Below are positions 45,732 to 59,800 of a stretch of DNA of 64,000 bases, piece by piece (position 1 is the first letter of the stretch; the number at the start of each line of letters is the position of its first letter). The stretch is from Ascidiella aspersa. Lineage: Eukaryota. The stretch spans positions 23,870,001 through 23,934,000 of the forward strand of contig OZ004611.1 in assembly GCA_963924565.1 (NCBI GenBank). Direction: 5' to 3'. The notes beneath the pieces are model-generated. The model saw only the letters and a list, made by a program, of their open reading frames with translations. It searched no databases and had not been told where the DNA came from. The position numbers and the translations under genes were made by a program.

Positions 45732-47533
45732 TGCTCAAGGGTAAAATTGAATGATTTTTTTCCTTTTTTTGTTTAAATTTCCGTTTTTGTTTATCTTTCG
45801 CTGTGTAAAGTTTGTACACTTGGCCTACCAACGTTTTTTACCAATTGCCCCCTTTCTTGACGAATGCGACTGCGGTCTGCTGCAATTTGCTAAATAAGAA
45901 GTAACTTTTCAGCAAAAACGCTTATATTTTTCTTAGAAATTTTTCGTTTTCTTGGATTAAATCGTAAAACCGTTAAATAAATCGAAAGCCAAAGCAGAAA
46001 AAATATTTCGATAAAGCGGATAAAAGCGCATTTGACAAACAGTCCTTATAATTTCAATGATTTAAAAAAAATATGATTTTATTGAACAGTCTAAAGACCA
46101 ATTTTAACAAAAAATAAAATTTATAAAAAAAAAAATATTTATTATAAAAAATTCGCTCAAAGAAAACACTTTATTTGAACCCACAATTTTCGTCCAAAAG
46201 AAAGTCAACAGCCACTTAAGTCAGATTATTGACTTGGCTCATAACTACACTGCTGCTGGAAGTATGGTGCAGTGCAGCAAACCTTACGCGGCCAAATTCG
46301 ACGCCTGCCTTTGCTGTTGTATACTAATCGATTCCGACACACGTCTGCTCGTTAGGCGTCGCAAAACACTCGAAGAGGGTTGTGGTTTTCAGCCATTTAA
46401 CAATGCGAGGTCCATTCATCAGCGGCGCCGACAGGCCGTGAAGTATTGTTTCCACGGCCGGTGACAGGTGGGTAGGACTGCCCTCTTGTAATTCATTGAA
46501 CTGACACGTGTTTTCCCACTTTGATTAAGCGACTGTTGTTGTTTTTGTTGTTATGTTGGCAAACTTGCGGGCTGCCGTTCGTCTGGTCGAGATATTTAAA
46601 TTGCCAGGTCGTTAAATTTTTGGCGTCGGGTTTCAAGCCGTCTCGACCCGAGACATTGTGTTTTTGTTCAGTCCAAAATATCTGTTGATATTGACGAGCT
46701 AAAGGTATTTTGTTTACCTCAATCAGGCAGCAAGGACAGTTTCCTGAAAAGAGTAAAGTCACATTTGTTGCTGGTGTTTTGTAGTTCAAATTCTGACACT
46801 GTTTTTTGTTTACATAGTTTGTTTTTTGTAAACGTTATGTTAGATCAGTGGTTCCCAACCGAGGTGATTTTATATGTACCGAGTCTGATTTTAAGATCAT
46901 AAAAAAATTGGGTATTTTATTTTATTTTTTATAATTTCTGGTGGAAGTACGGCAAGCCATAAATAGTGGAATCTTTGCGCAAAATAGCAATAAGTGTTGA
47001 CCGATAGAAACCTAATTTAAAATAACACATATAATATCTTTTGCGTTTAAATTTGGAATTTTTTTGTATGGCGATTGAGAATTATCACAACTGGGCTTGC
47101 AATGTTAAAATGCTATGTTCGACCGTTTGTTTTGACAACCCCTTTAAAACTGCTTCAGTGTCAGCGTAAGTCATTCCCCACTCTTTTTTGTCAATCTTTT
47201 TTACCACACGGCGCAGCTACAGACCTTTAAACACGTTGAGGCGCACCGGACGAGCCAAGTGAGCGCGAAATATGTTGTATATATGGTATTTATACCATAA
47301 TTGCGTGCATTTTGTTATTACATTGGCATCGTTGTTGCCTATCTTAATAGTAGCCTACTGTAGGATCAATGAGCTAGTTCAAGATATAAACCGACATATT
47401 CAAATAGATTGTCCTTTTGCCCGCGGCTCATCTGTCAACCTTCCATGGCGCAACAGTGCGTTTGCTAAGAAGAGCTGGTTTACCCAAGTACGCTTCAGTT
47501 AAGTAAAAGACAACTCGTTTTATATGTACTCGA

Positions 47534-47539
47534 TTTATT
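47534..47539 (-). promoter_or_regulatory. Putative polyadenylation signal AATAAA of the four-TM gene
   Basis: tttatt on the + strand, downstream of the predicted stop. Confidence 0.5.
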
Positions 47540-47783
47540 ACACAAAGAAAAAGAGCGAGTGAATGTTTTTTCATCAACAATATCAATAACATGCTAATTT
47601 TATGGATAACTACTAAAATTAATAATCATTATTTTATCGGTTATAACTGTATAAATGCAAAAAAACCATAGTGCGTATTATTCGCACAAATTTGTTTTAG
47701 TGCATAAACAACAAGTCAAATAATATCCAATCGTTCAGCAATAGTTGGAACCTCATACTGCATGGTCGCTGTTCGACGCTCAT

Positions 47784-47822
47784 TTAGATGTGGTGCAAGT
47801 TTGGAGAGCTGCCGAATTTCAC
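47784..47822 (-). CDS. Four-TM protein last exon (VKFGSSPNLHHI*)
   Basis: TGAAG acceptor, TAA stop, AATAAA about 245 nt downstream. Confidence 0.65.
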   Translation of the reverse strand: MKFGSSPNLHHI

Positions 47823-50800
47823 CTTCAGTAAAATAACAAAAATGTGATTAGTTTACTTTTCAAGTTTAATCAAAGTAAATAGAGTACGTAACAAATAGAA
47901 AAAATATTTTAAGTTTTAATCCCTAATACATTTCTTGAATATACTTGTCAATGTTTTAATGCATACTAAGAAATTATTGATCTGCAGACTAAGTCGTTAA
48001 CAAAACGAGCGCATTTCTGATTTTACCTGTTTGTTTGACCTTCTGTCGCTGCTTGATTTTGTAAAACGCAACGATTCCGATCTTCCAAAACGATCATCGT
48101 TTGTGAATACCTAACAAACGATAGGGGCAACTTTTTTATTATTTTTTTTTAAATAATTATAAATTAATTTACTTGACTGTTATTACGGAATTGTTTACAA
48201 AGTTACAAACACAAAGATTTCATCCAAAGACAGTCAAACATTCAAGCACTATCTACAGGAACCATTTTTTGTTAATCAACTTAAGAGTTATTTTTATGAT
48301 ATACGCCCAAATAGTGATATATTTTGGTATTACAATAGCAAAGGTTTCATGCAGCCAACGACCATGTTTGTGTAAAACTAAAATTAGTTTTCAACTTTTA
48401 TGTGCAAGATATGCCATTTATCCATATCAATTTGCCAAAAGTACCCTGACTACGAGCGTCCATCAGTGGAATGTTGTTAACATATATTTCTATTATTAAG
48501 ATCCGCGAGGTTTTAGGTAGTCAGAACATTTCTTTAATACATTGAATCGAATTGCTTTCAGCCTAACTTGACGTCATTTTTTGCATTAACACGGTGTCGA
48601 TACAAGAGAATGCCAACCTCGTCTCTTCTTCCGGACATCCTCTCCTGCGACTTGCTCCTTTGCCTCCCGTCGCTGGCGCTTCTTCCGCGCGACGAAAACC
48701 GCTCACTCCTCGCTCCGACGCGATCCCTGGAAGACGAGGTCCTCCTCGAAAACCTCCCTTTGTCATCTTCATCCCTGTTCCTGCGCCGCGAAGAGCGTCC
48801 TCTTTCCATCCTCGGAGCATCGCGCTCAAAGTCCCTGAATCTCTCTCGATCATCCTCACCTGATCGCGTCCTACTCGCTCCTCTTGTCGAGCTCCTCCGG
48901 GAGTTCCGGGACTCGAATCCATCTTCCCGAGGAGGCAGCGACCTGTTCCGGCTCGGACGTCGATCCAGCGCTCTTCCTGACTCGAAAACGTCGTCTCTCA
49001 TCGACTGCTGCGATCTTCGGTTCCTGCTCAAAGATCTCTCCCGATTATCATGCGTGGATCGCGACCTTGAGTCCGGAAAGGAACCGCTCCCTCTTCGATC
49101 CGTGCTCCTCACGTTAAAGTTGGATCCCGAGTTGTTGCTCGTCCTTGTTCTAATAGACTGTCTTCTGTTGCTGCTTGTCCCCGCCTGCATCGCGCCGTAA
49201 GCGGAGTAGACGCTACCCACGTCCTCGTAGAATGAAGAGGCCGCATCTGATGCTGCTGCTTGCTGGTCCCGTGGAGGCAACTTTGGCCCGTTCGAGTTTC
49301 TGCTCTGCGGCCTGCGCTCGTGCGTAAATTCAGATTTGTTATTTTATGCGCAACCCGAATAGGAGACAATCAACGTAAAGAGAAACCTACAATCGTAAAT
49401 GCAAATATAATGTGTATGAGTAGCAATTTGTATGTTAGGACTGGGGAATCAGCTTTGTTAAAACCGCCGGCTTTCCCTTACTTTTTTTTGTTAATAACAG
49501 AAAGCACTACTTTTGCGATTAGCTTTTTTGATTAAGTTTCTATTTAGTTGCTTTTTGATTAAGTTCTATTTCGTCCCAATCAATCCAAACGTTATTATAG
49601 CACAGAAACATCCATAGAACCCTTGGTCAGATATATAAAAGGTAATGGTGTGCAGTGGTAAATATTAGACAATTAACAGAAATTAATGCACTTTTTCAGA
49701 CATTTTGCTTGCCAAATTTGCTCCATATTTAATTTAATATCTCAACGTAGTTAGTTTGACTTTTATGCAAGACGGTCGCACATAACATTCGGTCCTATGC
49801 AAGACATGCATAAGTATTTTGGGAGCACTTAAGGACTTTAAAGCAAATTGTGAAAAAAAAGTCAAGTTCATTTTTCGGCTTTAAATTCTGGGAGACGGCT
49901 ATGGAAAACGATCATATCCAGAAAAACAAATAACAACCTAGACCGTGCGCTGTTCCTGGAAGCAGCCCATTCACTTCTGGTCAGAGGCTCCCCTGCTGTG
50001 TAGGATGTCCTTCGACGCAAATCCCCGCTGTGGTATCCCTTGTAGTTTCGCATCGACTGCGACCTGCCTCCTCTCGTCAGCGTCTTGCTTCCGTCGCGAC
50101 TCTGTACGTTTGACCACGAAGAGGAGCGGCTGATCATTCTTGCCTCTCTGGCGAAAGTAAAAGTGTCGTGTTTTTTAATTGAAAGTCCGTTCGTTTCAGA
50201 GGTGTAATCTTGACTTATGTGAATGAGTCGATTTTGTACAGAAAAAAGTTTGAGTTGGAATTGATCATAATTCACGCACGACAAAGCGGCTCACACTTAA
50301 CCGACGTATACGATTTTGTGTTTTTTTTTCTCAAGAAACTGTAATTAAAACGCCGATTACTATTTTTGTATAGAACCGACGTGCGTTTTTAAATATCGAG
50401 TCAAAATATAATACGAAGCATCCCCAAAGCAGGAACTGTCTAAAGTTATACTGATACAGGAGGGGACGTAGGAATTATTTAAAATGATTTAGGTTGGATT
50501 TCATAACCAAACTAAATTTGCCATTTGAGAATCGAATCCCCATGATTTGCACAGTTAGACGATCACTTCGAATGGAAGAAGTGATGATTTTGGGATAACA
50601 GATAAATAAAATTCGTAAATAAAAGCTGAATTTGATTCAAAATAACCCACTTTTAGCAGAAAGATTCTGCCTTCCTTATGTATTTCGAATGCAGAGTATT
50701 GAGACATTACAATCCAGAAACAACTTACCTTGGTGACGGAATCGTAATTTCGGGACTGACCAGCAGCTGCGGGTCGATTTCCTCGTCAGAAACAACCGAA

Positions 50801-53800
50801 CCGTGGCGACCCTTGGAAGCCCCGGGCGCCAGATTGGGCATGCTGCGAGTCCTGGTCGACATCGAGTAGGCTTCGCTGGGCAAGTAAGTCGAGTAGTCGT
50901 CGTTCATATTCAACGGAATCCAGGTAGAGTTGCTGTTTTTCGACCTCGGCCTGCGGATGTCTGACATGGCCGAAAACTGCTGCATGGAAGGATCGTAGCG
51001 GGGCGGGCGCGATGGAGTCGGGGTGTAGACCGGTGGGGGCTCCATTGGGGGAGGTGGGTAACCCCCGTCACCCCGGTACGAGTAGTAGCTGCCGTAATCT
51101 CCATAGAGGCTGAAATCGCCGTAGCAAGTGCTGCAAGCCCCGTCGTAGTAGATGCTGTTGTTGTCGTGCTGGTGATGATGGGGGTTACCAGGGTAGGGGT
51201 AAGATTGGGGGTAAACGTGCGTGCGGCCCCTGGGCCTGTTGGGCGGCGGTGGGTAGCGGGGGTAGTTTTTGTCCCTGGTCTGGGGCCTGTAGCCGTATAT
51301 CGGCTCAGGTCGGTCGGTGGATATGGACTGGTGGTGGGGTATAGGGTGGTGCGGGGCGGCGCCGTACATTGAATAGGCGTTGAGGCTGTACGGGCCCTCG
51401 TCTGCAATGACAAAAAGCGCAAGTTGATATGCAAGAAAGAGTTTAATTAAAAACGCTTTAGTGCAAGGTTCTTGAATATATATTTCGAGTTAGACTACAT
51501 TTAGCAGTGTTGCAATGGATTACGTCAATGACTTACTAACTGCTCTTAATACATTGTTTTTAAATTTCTTGGACGTGAAAAGACTAACTGGACTTGACCT
51601 AAGCCTTTTGGAAAAATACTTGACATAGACTTAAGTAATTGGGTCAACTAACATGAGTGGAAATTAAGTGTTTTCTTGAAATATTTTTTATTAAAATTAG
51701 GTTATTTTTCATCTCAAGTTTAAGGAATTTAATTACTTTTAATTTATAGGTTAATCAAAAAGATCTTTGTAGTCGAATCGCAGCACTTTTATTACGTACC
51801 CAGCGAAAATTCTTCTGGAAGGTTGCTTATTTTCGGAGTAGTTGCCGATTTGCGAAGTCCCTCAAACTCGTAAGCATCTCTCGGCGAATTGATGTGGCTG
51901 GTTTTTGACCTGTCGACAATTAAAGGCATTTTAGACTAAAAGTTTAGGATAAGTAAAAGCTGCAAGTTAATTTTAGCATTGCAGCAAGGAAAAATGCCAA
52001 CTAGTTTTTGCTGTTGAGAAAACGTAGTGTATTGTAGTGTGCAAAGTCTTTACTGTAGTAAGGTACGAAAGCTTTTCATCGAACTTAATTTTTCAAAGGC
52101 GAATTTTAGCAAACAGTATCAAAGACGTAAGGTCGAATTCGTCCTGCGGGGTAATTTTTTCCGGCGCGGCTAACATAATTTCAAAAAATGTTTATAATTA
52201 ATTCATTAACAGAGCTGTTTCTAGGGTGCAAATACAGACCGAATTTTGATAACATTTTACACTAAACGACGACAGAATTAGTAAAGTCTCAGGCCGAATT
52301 ATCAGATTGATCACCAAAATGACAAAATGCAGTTATCCGCGAACAACGTAACCTAAATTACCACAACAAAAACATCAACAGCAACAGAGTGTCCGTCGGC
52401 CCGCTTACCTTATGTCCTTGTACGACCTCAGGTAGCGGTCGCAGTTCTCCGGATGTTTAGCGCACAAATCGCTTCCAAAGAGCCGGAACATCTCCTCCAT
52501 TGGATTGGAGCTCTCGCTCGGAAAAACAGTCCGCGTCTCGGGGCCGTTAAGTCGCTTGAAGAAGCTAGAAACAGCAGCGGGCTCCAGCTGTGGCTTCTGC
52601 GGTTCTCCCGGCTTTCCTTGGTGCTGTTGTTGCTGGGCATTTGGCCGAACGGTCGATTGGCTGGTTTTCGACGAAGCCCTGGACGGCGGGGCAGCCTGCT
52701 GGTTCTGTTGGTTTGGATTGGCTGCTGCTGAGCGATTCTGGGGACCAGCTCTTCGCTGTAGGGGAACCGGAGCGGCGTTTTGCAACTGAGCGAAATTGGA
52801 AGAGTTGACATTGTTTGTATCTTGATATGTAAAATTTATGATGGTTTGTAACGATTCCTAACCGGTGCGACATGGGATGTTGGCAAGTAGGCCGCAGGAA
52901 ATAATATAAAGCAGGATTTTGTAAACTGATTTAGTTTATTATTTGGCTTAGATCGATTTTCTCCACTATAGTACTTAAAATAATGTGCAACCATAAGACC
53001 TGTGTAATTAAACTTGCATAACATTTTACGAAATAGCGGTATACCAACAAAAAAAATCGAGTTCGATCCACTCTGCAGGTGCGCCCTGACTTAAAGGGTT
53101 AATAAACACTGCTTAAAGTAGCAAAAATTACAAAAAAAACAACCCAACTTTCAGGATAAATCCTAAAATATCGCAACAGAAATGTTTAGATCAGTAGCCT
53201 TTTTGTGCACTCAGAAAGTCTTCCAAACCCTATTTTAGTCAAAAGGAAATATCCCAATCAAACCAAATATTGTTGTGAACGCTTTGCGCGAATCGATTCG
53301 GTCAACTATATGCCATGGCGAGACTGGGGGCCAGGTTAAACACTTTATAGGACCCTTGACATTCATAAACCTCCCATAAACGCAACTATATAGGTGATTT
53401 AGTCTACGAAGAGACGATTCAGTTTCGCCTTGCGGTGCTTTTAGCCGGAAGCCGTTTGTCACAATTTGTCGCAAATGCAAAACATCCTTACACTAATGGA
53501 AAATGACACCATTGTTTTTATTTAAGCACTATGTATAAGGTTACTTGTGGGAATAAATAAGTGGTATGTTGTTGGATTTTTATCAGTATTGCCTAGTGCG
53601 TTATAGGTACCTTGTCGTCTCTCTTCGGTATGCTTGGCAGAATATCGTTGTGCTCCGGGGTTTCTGCAAATATTTCACGATTTGTTAGAGTAATGTAGCG
53701 AAATGAACAACTTACTAAGCGAAAAATGGCCAACTTACAAAGGCTTTTAATATGATTTTAAGTGACAAGAAATAAAGCATTTCACTATGGTTAAAGTGAC

Positions 53801-56800
53801 AAGAAATGAAGCGTTAACATAAATAGGAACATTTTATTGACATTTGGTAGCAAAGTGGCAATTTATTGTGCATTGGTATAACCTATAGGAATAAATGTAT
53901 AATTGAAAATTTGTGTAGGCCTACAATGTGCGTATATCTTAACAGTTTAACACAAAACTGTTATAGCTAGCGGCCGACCTTTTTTTCGTAATACTCACCA
54001 TCGTATACATTTCCCGGGGGCAGGTCATAGAACGATGACGCAACCGTTTGTGTGTCGTCATCATTTTTGACGTCAGACTCGGGCACGTAAGCTCCGTTCG
54101 TCATCGGCCAGTTCATGTAAGCCGTTCCATTGGAGGTTACGCCGGATCTTTATAATAGATTGAAAATGGTTACGGGCTGATTGATACAAAAATATTACGA
54201 ACATAATCTCAAACTGAGGCTTTAGGGATCCTGAATTAGGCAAATCATCATATGTCATCAACGAGTTTTAGTTTTTCACTTTTGATGTGCAACTGTAAAT
54301 CAAAAATTCAATCCCCCAAATTTATGTATTTTCGAACAATTGAACCGTTTTTTAACGGTTGCGATGTTAAGGAATGCTCGTTTAAAGCATTCATGTTTAT
54401 TGCTAAAACTTGACTTATGGGAATGCCTTGGTTTCTGTCGTTTGCAACAGACTAGACTGGGACTTGTTTCTAACACTGGTAAATTCTCAAGAACGTGTGT
54501 TTAGATGCAAGATACACCGAATTCGGCCATCGGCAGAACTGGTGTGGCAACATGATTAAGATTGCGAGTGACGCCGCTTGCACACGATTTGCGGTTTGCG
54601 GTGAGTAAAGTCGAGCATACGAGATTACGAGTTGTAAAAGCAAACTGCATTCTGAAAACTGATGCACGGTGATTTCAGTCGCTTTGCGTTCTACATAGCA
54701 GTCCTTCATAGTTCAATTGTACAATTCTCTATGTAGGGTTTTCTAAAAAAAATCCAAATTTTTAAGTGTAAAATGCCCCGCGTGTCACCCTGCGATCATC
54801 TTTTTCCAACCAATCGTAACTTGTCTAACGCCTAGTTTGAATAGGGTACTTGGCACGAAATTATCCACCGGTGATGGCAAAATTGGTAAGTAAAATTTTC
54901 GGTAAATCAACAAATAACTGATGATTTTTTAAGCGACTCTTTAGCTATAGGCCCACGCTACAAATACATCCAGTCTGGTTTAAACCACTCTGCGAAAGAT
55001 TCCACTGATTGAACCCTACATTTTTGCTACCTTTACGTTTTTTTGTCAGCGAAGTACCAAATATTAAACGAGTAAAATCGTCAACCTGAAATCGTATGTA
55101 GCCACCTTAAGACGTGCTAAAATTATTTGTCGACCTATCGCCGGGTCTCGATAGCAACCACACACATTAGATTACCAACCTTCCAGTTTCCACGCTGAAA
55201 CCACTTTGAGACGAGGGGAGTCTTGAATGGCGAAATGACGAAGACGCCCGACCTGAAAATCGAGAATAGTTTTGAAATATGCTTCTTTACGATGCCTATC
55301 TCGGCGAAACAGAAACGATGAATGGTTTGCGGCAAATAGTTTTAAAACATCTGAAGACCTGTAAGGAATATTGGCAACAAATAGAGAACTATTGTAAAGA
55401 CACTTAAAAAAAGCTGAAGGGTTTCACAATAAAGGTCTGGTCATCTCAAAATTTGAATTCGTGTCAGGATTTCAACAGTGAATTTCGCATTTTGACTAAC
55501 AAAGTCTTATACTTTTGAAAAAATGACCATAAAAAATTCATCATTTTCCCAAGAGAAACGGGAAGTATTTTGCTTTCTAAATTTTGCACTAATTGTCAAT
55601 CAAGACCAGTTTCGGAAAAGGTCTTAGGCCTAACCTGAAAATACATTTAGTTAAGTCCGGTCAAAGCGTTTAAAAATATTAAACCATTGGAATGCAGCAT
55701 GTCTCGGAAGAACAAATCGGCCTTCTTTAATCAGGTCGTGAGAGAATCATCTCGTTTTCATTCCTACAAAGTGCCACCTAATCGTACGGTAAAGTAAATA
55801 AAAATTTTGTGAGTAAATTGGACATTTGCTGAGATACACATTTAACTTTTCAAAGGATTACGAACCGCGTTTCGTCAGTTGTGCAGCCCTAATATAAAGC
55901 ATCTTTGTACAAAAATACAAGATTATAAAATTCCAGGGTCGTTGATTTACAAAACGCGATAAGATTACAATGTTATGTACTTACTCGCAGTTTTGCCCGC
56001 ACCAGTCGACGAGTAAAAAACCCCTCCCGCAAGGGAGGGGAGGGATATTTCCTCGTCGTCGTCGCTTCCGTCCGGGTTAGTGCCGACCTTTGGAGCATTC
56101 CTGTACTTGAGAAGTCTCAGGTAAGAAACCAGCACTATCATCAGGTAGACCTGCGATGTTTTGCTTCAGTTTGGTAAATGTGCATTTATTACAACACAGG
56201 GCTACCAATACCAACGTACGGCTGAAATTTTTATATTGACCCAAGATTAGAGTTGGAGAGATAACTATGACGCTTTCCGTTTAAGACCTTCTTGGCCCAA
56301 AACCTTATCGCCATAAACTTAATAGGACATCATGGAGATTTAACCTTAAGAGTATTCTTTGACCAACGATGCGCTTTTACTAATATCGCCTTGTTCAAAA
56401 ACGAAATATATCCAGACTTATTTAGGAAATGTTTTACCCTTCAACTTTCATAAATGTACGTATACATTTTTTTAGAAATTCATGGTTTTAAATTATTCGT
56501 TGGAAAATCATGGTTTTATAGACTTGTTTAAATAAGCAAAAATATTCTAAATATCTATAAAGAATAAACCTAAAAGTATTTCTTTGTTGTTACTTATTTT
56601 TGTTTGCTTTCCAAATCCCTAGTAAGAATTTTTAAGTTAATAATCTGAAATAAAAATTAAACTAACATAGCCAAGTGCATGGACACCAGTCAGTGCCCAA
56701 GAAGTCACAAGGTTGTCCTTGATCTTGTCGTTGGTCTTCGGGTTCCTGACGATAATCTGATTGCCATAGGGTTGATAGCCCTCGTCGTAGGCGTAAGAGT

Positions 56801-59800
56801 CTTCTTCCACTTTAAGCGGGATGACCGTGGCGAAGATAGCCTCGCCCAGATTGACCACGATCGCCAGACCGGTCAGAATGGCGAATACCGCCACCGAGTT
56901 TCGGATCTTTTTGTAGTGCTCCTGCTCGAAAAGTAAATAGACGCGATTAGGCGCCGGTGTATAGGCTGACAACGAGTGCGTATAGGAAAATCATTTATTT
57001 TTCAACAATTATGTCTCGAAATACTCCCCCCCCGTTAAGTAAACCCAAAAAAGAACCTGAACTTTCGGTAAGCTAACTTCAAATCAAAATTTTATCATAT
57101 ATTCACTAACAGTCTTTTTACAAGTTATAATAACAAAACTTCAACTTTCTTGGAACGAGTTCGTAATACTGATTTTTTGCAGATATTCCGTACCGGTAAA
57201 AAAAAACGAAAAAATATAATAAAAATACTCTTTTGTTACCACCCATCAGGCCTGCCATCTCTTTAAATGTATTTGAAAAATATAAGAACTATACCCTCAG
57301 GTTTTATAAGTTTACTTGTTTTAGACGCCACGTTGTGACGTTGTTTTAGACGCCACGCTGTGATCTAAAATTTGTAATGCGTTTCAAGAAGAAAATTATT
57401 CTACTTTCACCCCTGGTTGTTAGTCATGACTTCTTTATAATTTTAAATGTTGCCGTTTCATGAAATTTTTAACACTAACATTCAACCCAACATTCACCGT
57501 TAATTTATTGCCGAGTAACATTTTCAGACCTTACTATTTCGATTGTCATCTTTCTCGTTCGTTTCTAATCTGATCGTGGTTTTAGTTGTACGCGATTTTA
57601 GCCGATCAAACTACATTTAAAATTTAGATGTTTGCCTTAAAACTTTCGGGGTGATATCTCCAGCGGTCACAATTATGATTTCGTGTTTACTCAACGCAAA
57701 GCGGAAACACACGCGCCCAAGGGAAAACCAATAACTATATAGGTCGGCTTCTAACCTAAATAACGCGGCTGGGAACATGCATATATAGTCGAACGGAGCC
57801 AGTTGGTTAGGTTGATACGAATAGAAAACATTAACTGCTAGACAACCTGAAGTTTGCGGCCAAATGCAAAGTGCGTCATATTTCGGCCTCGTAAACGTTT
57901 TTGTTCAAACTTGCAAATCGTTAACATTTCGTTTTCGATGTGCGCTGTAAAGTTTTCGATCTATGCTATATCATGTTTATGACCCTCGCCAACATCTCCT
58001 CTCGTCTAATTGGGTTTGTCCCTATTTTCCTGTGCATTTATGGTGCAGAAGTCACTTGTGGCTTTGTGCAGACTTTTAATGGGTGAGTGGGCGGATCCCT
58101 GTCAGCTGTATTGCCACGTATTTCTCTTAGGCAGGAAGCGGGTTTTCCGGAACGTGATACGACCAACCCTTCCCTAAATAGACACACGCGTTGTAAAAAC
58201 CTGAGGTAAACAACAACAACAGCTCAGACGCCACTGTTCGGTAATTTGGATTGTACATTTCGAAGGAAGGTTAATTGAAATTCCTCTGCCCCCACCCCAT
58301 GTCTCGCTTGCTTGGTCTTTAAACAGCTGCCCGACGTATAATATATAGTATTTTCTGTTACATAAATGGAGTCGGGAAGGTTAAAGAGCTTACATATTGT
58401 TCAGCCTCCTGTTTGCTAAACATGTATCGCTTTGCATACCACTGAAATATAAAACGTATTTTTATATTAATCGTACTCCAACGAGTTCTTGTTTGAGTTT
58501 TTGTAATGACAATGCGTCTAGGAAAGGTTGAAATGACAAATATTATTTTTACAAGCGTCAAACCAAAAGCTTAAACTTTGCTGTCAAACTGAATTTAAAC
58601 ATTAACCTCCTTGTTCGTTTTTTTTTCTATTTTTCTTCACCCCGAATATCCAAAAATGCATATTAAAGGCCGGGTCACAAAATCGTGGGAAAAGGGAAGA
58701 ACCAGCCACAAAATACTAGTTCAGTATGGCTGATTGAGCATGATTGAAAAGCATTCAATACGATAAGTTTTTGTCCGGTAATGTTAGGTTTAACGAATTG
58801 TCAGTTTACGTCAAGCATCAAAAGAGACGGTTTAAAGTAATTTGGGTTAAAAATGCACCCTTCAACTTATTAATAAAACAACAAACGAAATACCTTTCAG
58901 CTAATTGCCACCACGCCACCATGCGACATTTTAAATATTTTTATATACATTACAACTGTATATCATATAGTATATTATTGATTTAATCTTTCCAATATAT
59001 TGGCTACCAATATGCCAACACAGTCATATGGTGCTAACCCGTCTCAGCTAATAAACTCGTTTCACTAATGTACGTATATTCTTATGTTGTTTCAGCATCG
59101 ATAAAAATAACTCTTTTAATTATACAAGAAACTCATGGGTTTAACTTATACCTATACAAAGTAGTAGGCAAATTTCGGACCCCTAAAACTTAATGTTTGA
59201 CGTCCACCCACCTTCTGGCCCCAGAGGCAAGACGCCACTAGGAGCACCAGAGCGCCGACCATAGAAATCGCAGCCATGGCGATACCGACGATAAGCAGAA
59301 TTCTCCAGATGTCCATATGAAGGTGATTTCCAGACCAGATGACCTTGTGCTTGCCAATTTTGCTATTAAAATCTCCGATGCGATACACCAGAAAACCGAT
59401 ACAAAGGCCCTATAAATGGTTCAGGGCATAACGATTTGAAAGCGAAATTTTCACACCTTTTTGTCGTAAGAATTTTTTTTTAAGTAACGAAAATCTTGCG
59501 TCAGACTTTTTCTATCGCCGCCCAAAATACCCTTTCAAGGGCTATTGAAGGCTATAACACGTGAAACTACTAGGCCTACCACGAAAGGGGTGGAATCTGG
59601 GGTGAGGGGAATGACACAAAGATGCGTCGTAAAAATAACACAAAGTTACGTCATAATACAATTAATCTCAAATGGACCTGTTATTCTCGAGCAAACTCTG
59701 CGCAAATGTGCAGCTAAATTTAAATCTAATCGCACGGAGCGCGAAAAATATGCGGAAAATTGTTTTAAATTGGAAAAACTTTAATGAAAAGGGGGCGTAA

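Noticed and set aside
3299-47783. Operon-like arrangement of three co-oriented genes
   Set aside because: Coding regions are separated by about 4 kb and 12 kb with promoter-like islands in between, unlike abutting trans-spliced operons; no functional link is evident.
48568-49200. 210-aa + strand ORF, and similar + strand ORFs at 1931-2242, 7354-7722, 11461-11802, 18526-19060 and 61696-62061
   Set aside because: These are antisense shadows of GC-rich or low-complexity minus-strand exons, with no independent motifs or splice support.
55985-56012. STGAGKT looks like a Walker A P-loop
   Set aside because: It lacks the leading G/A (it reads SSTGAGKT), and no NTPase fold or Walker B follows; it lies in a disordered tail.
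56015-56040. Rho-independent terminator or -1 frameshift site
   Set aside because: It is in a eukaryotic coding exon. The U UUU UUA heptamer is not in the correct frame, and the hairpin is upstream of it rather than downstream.
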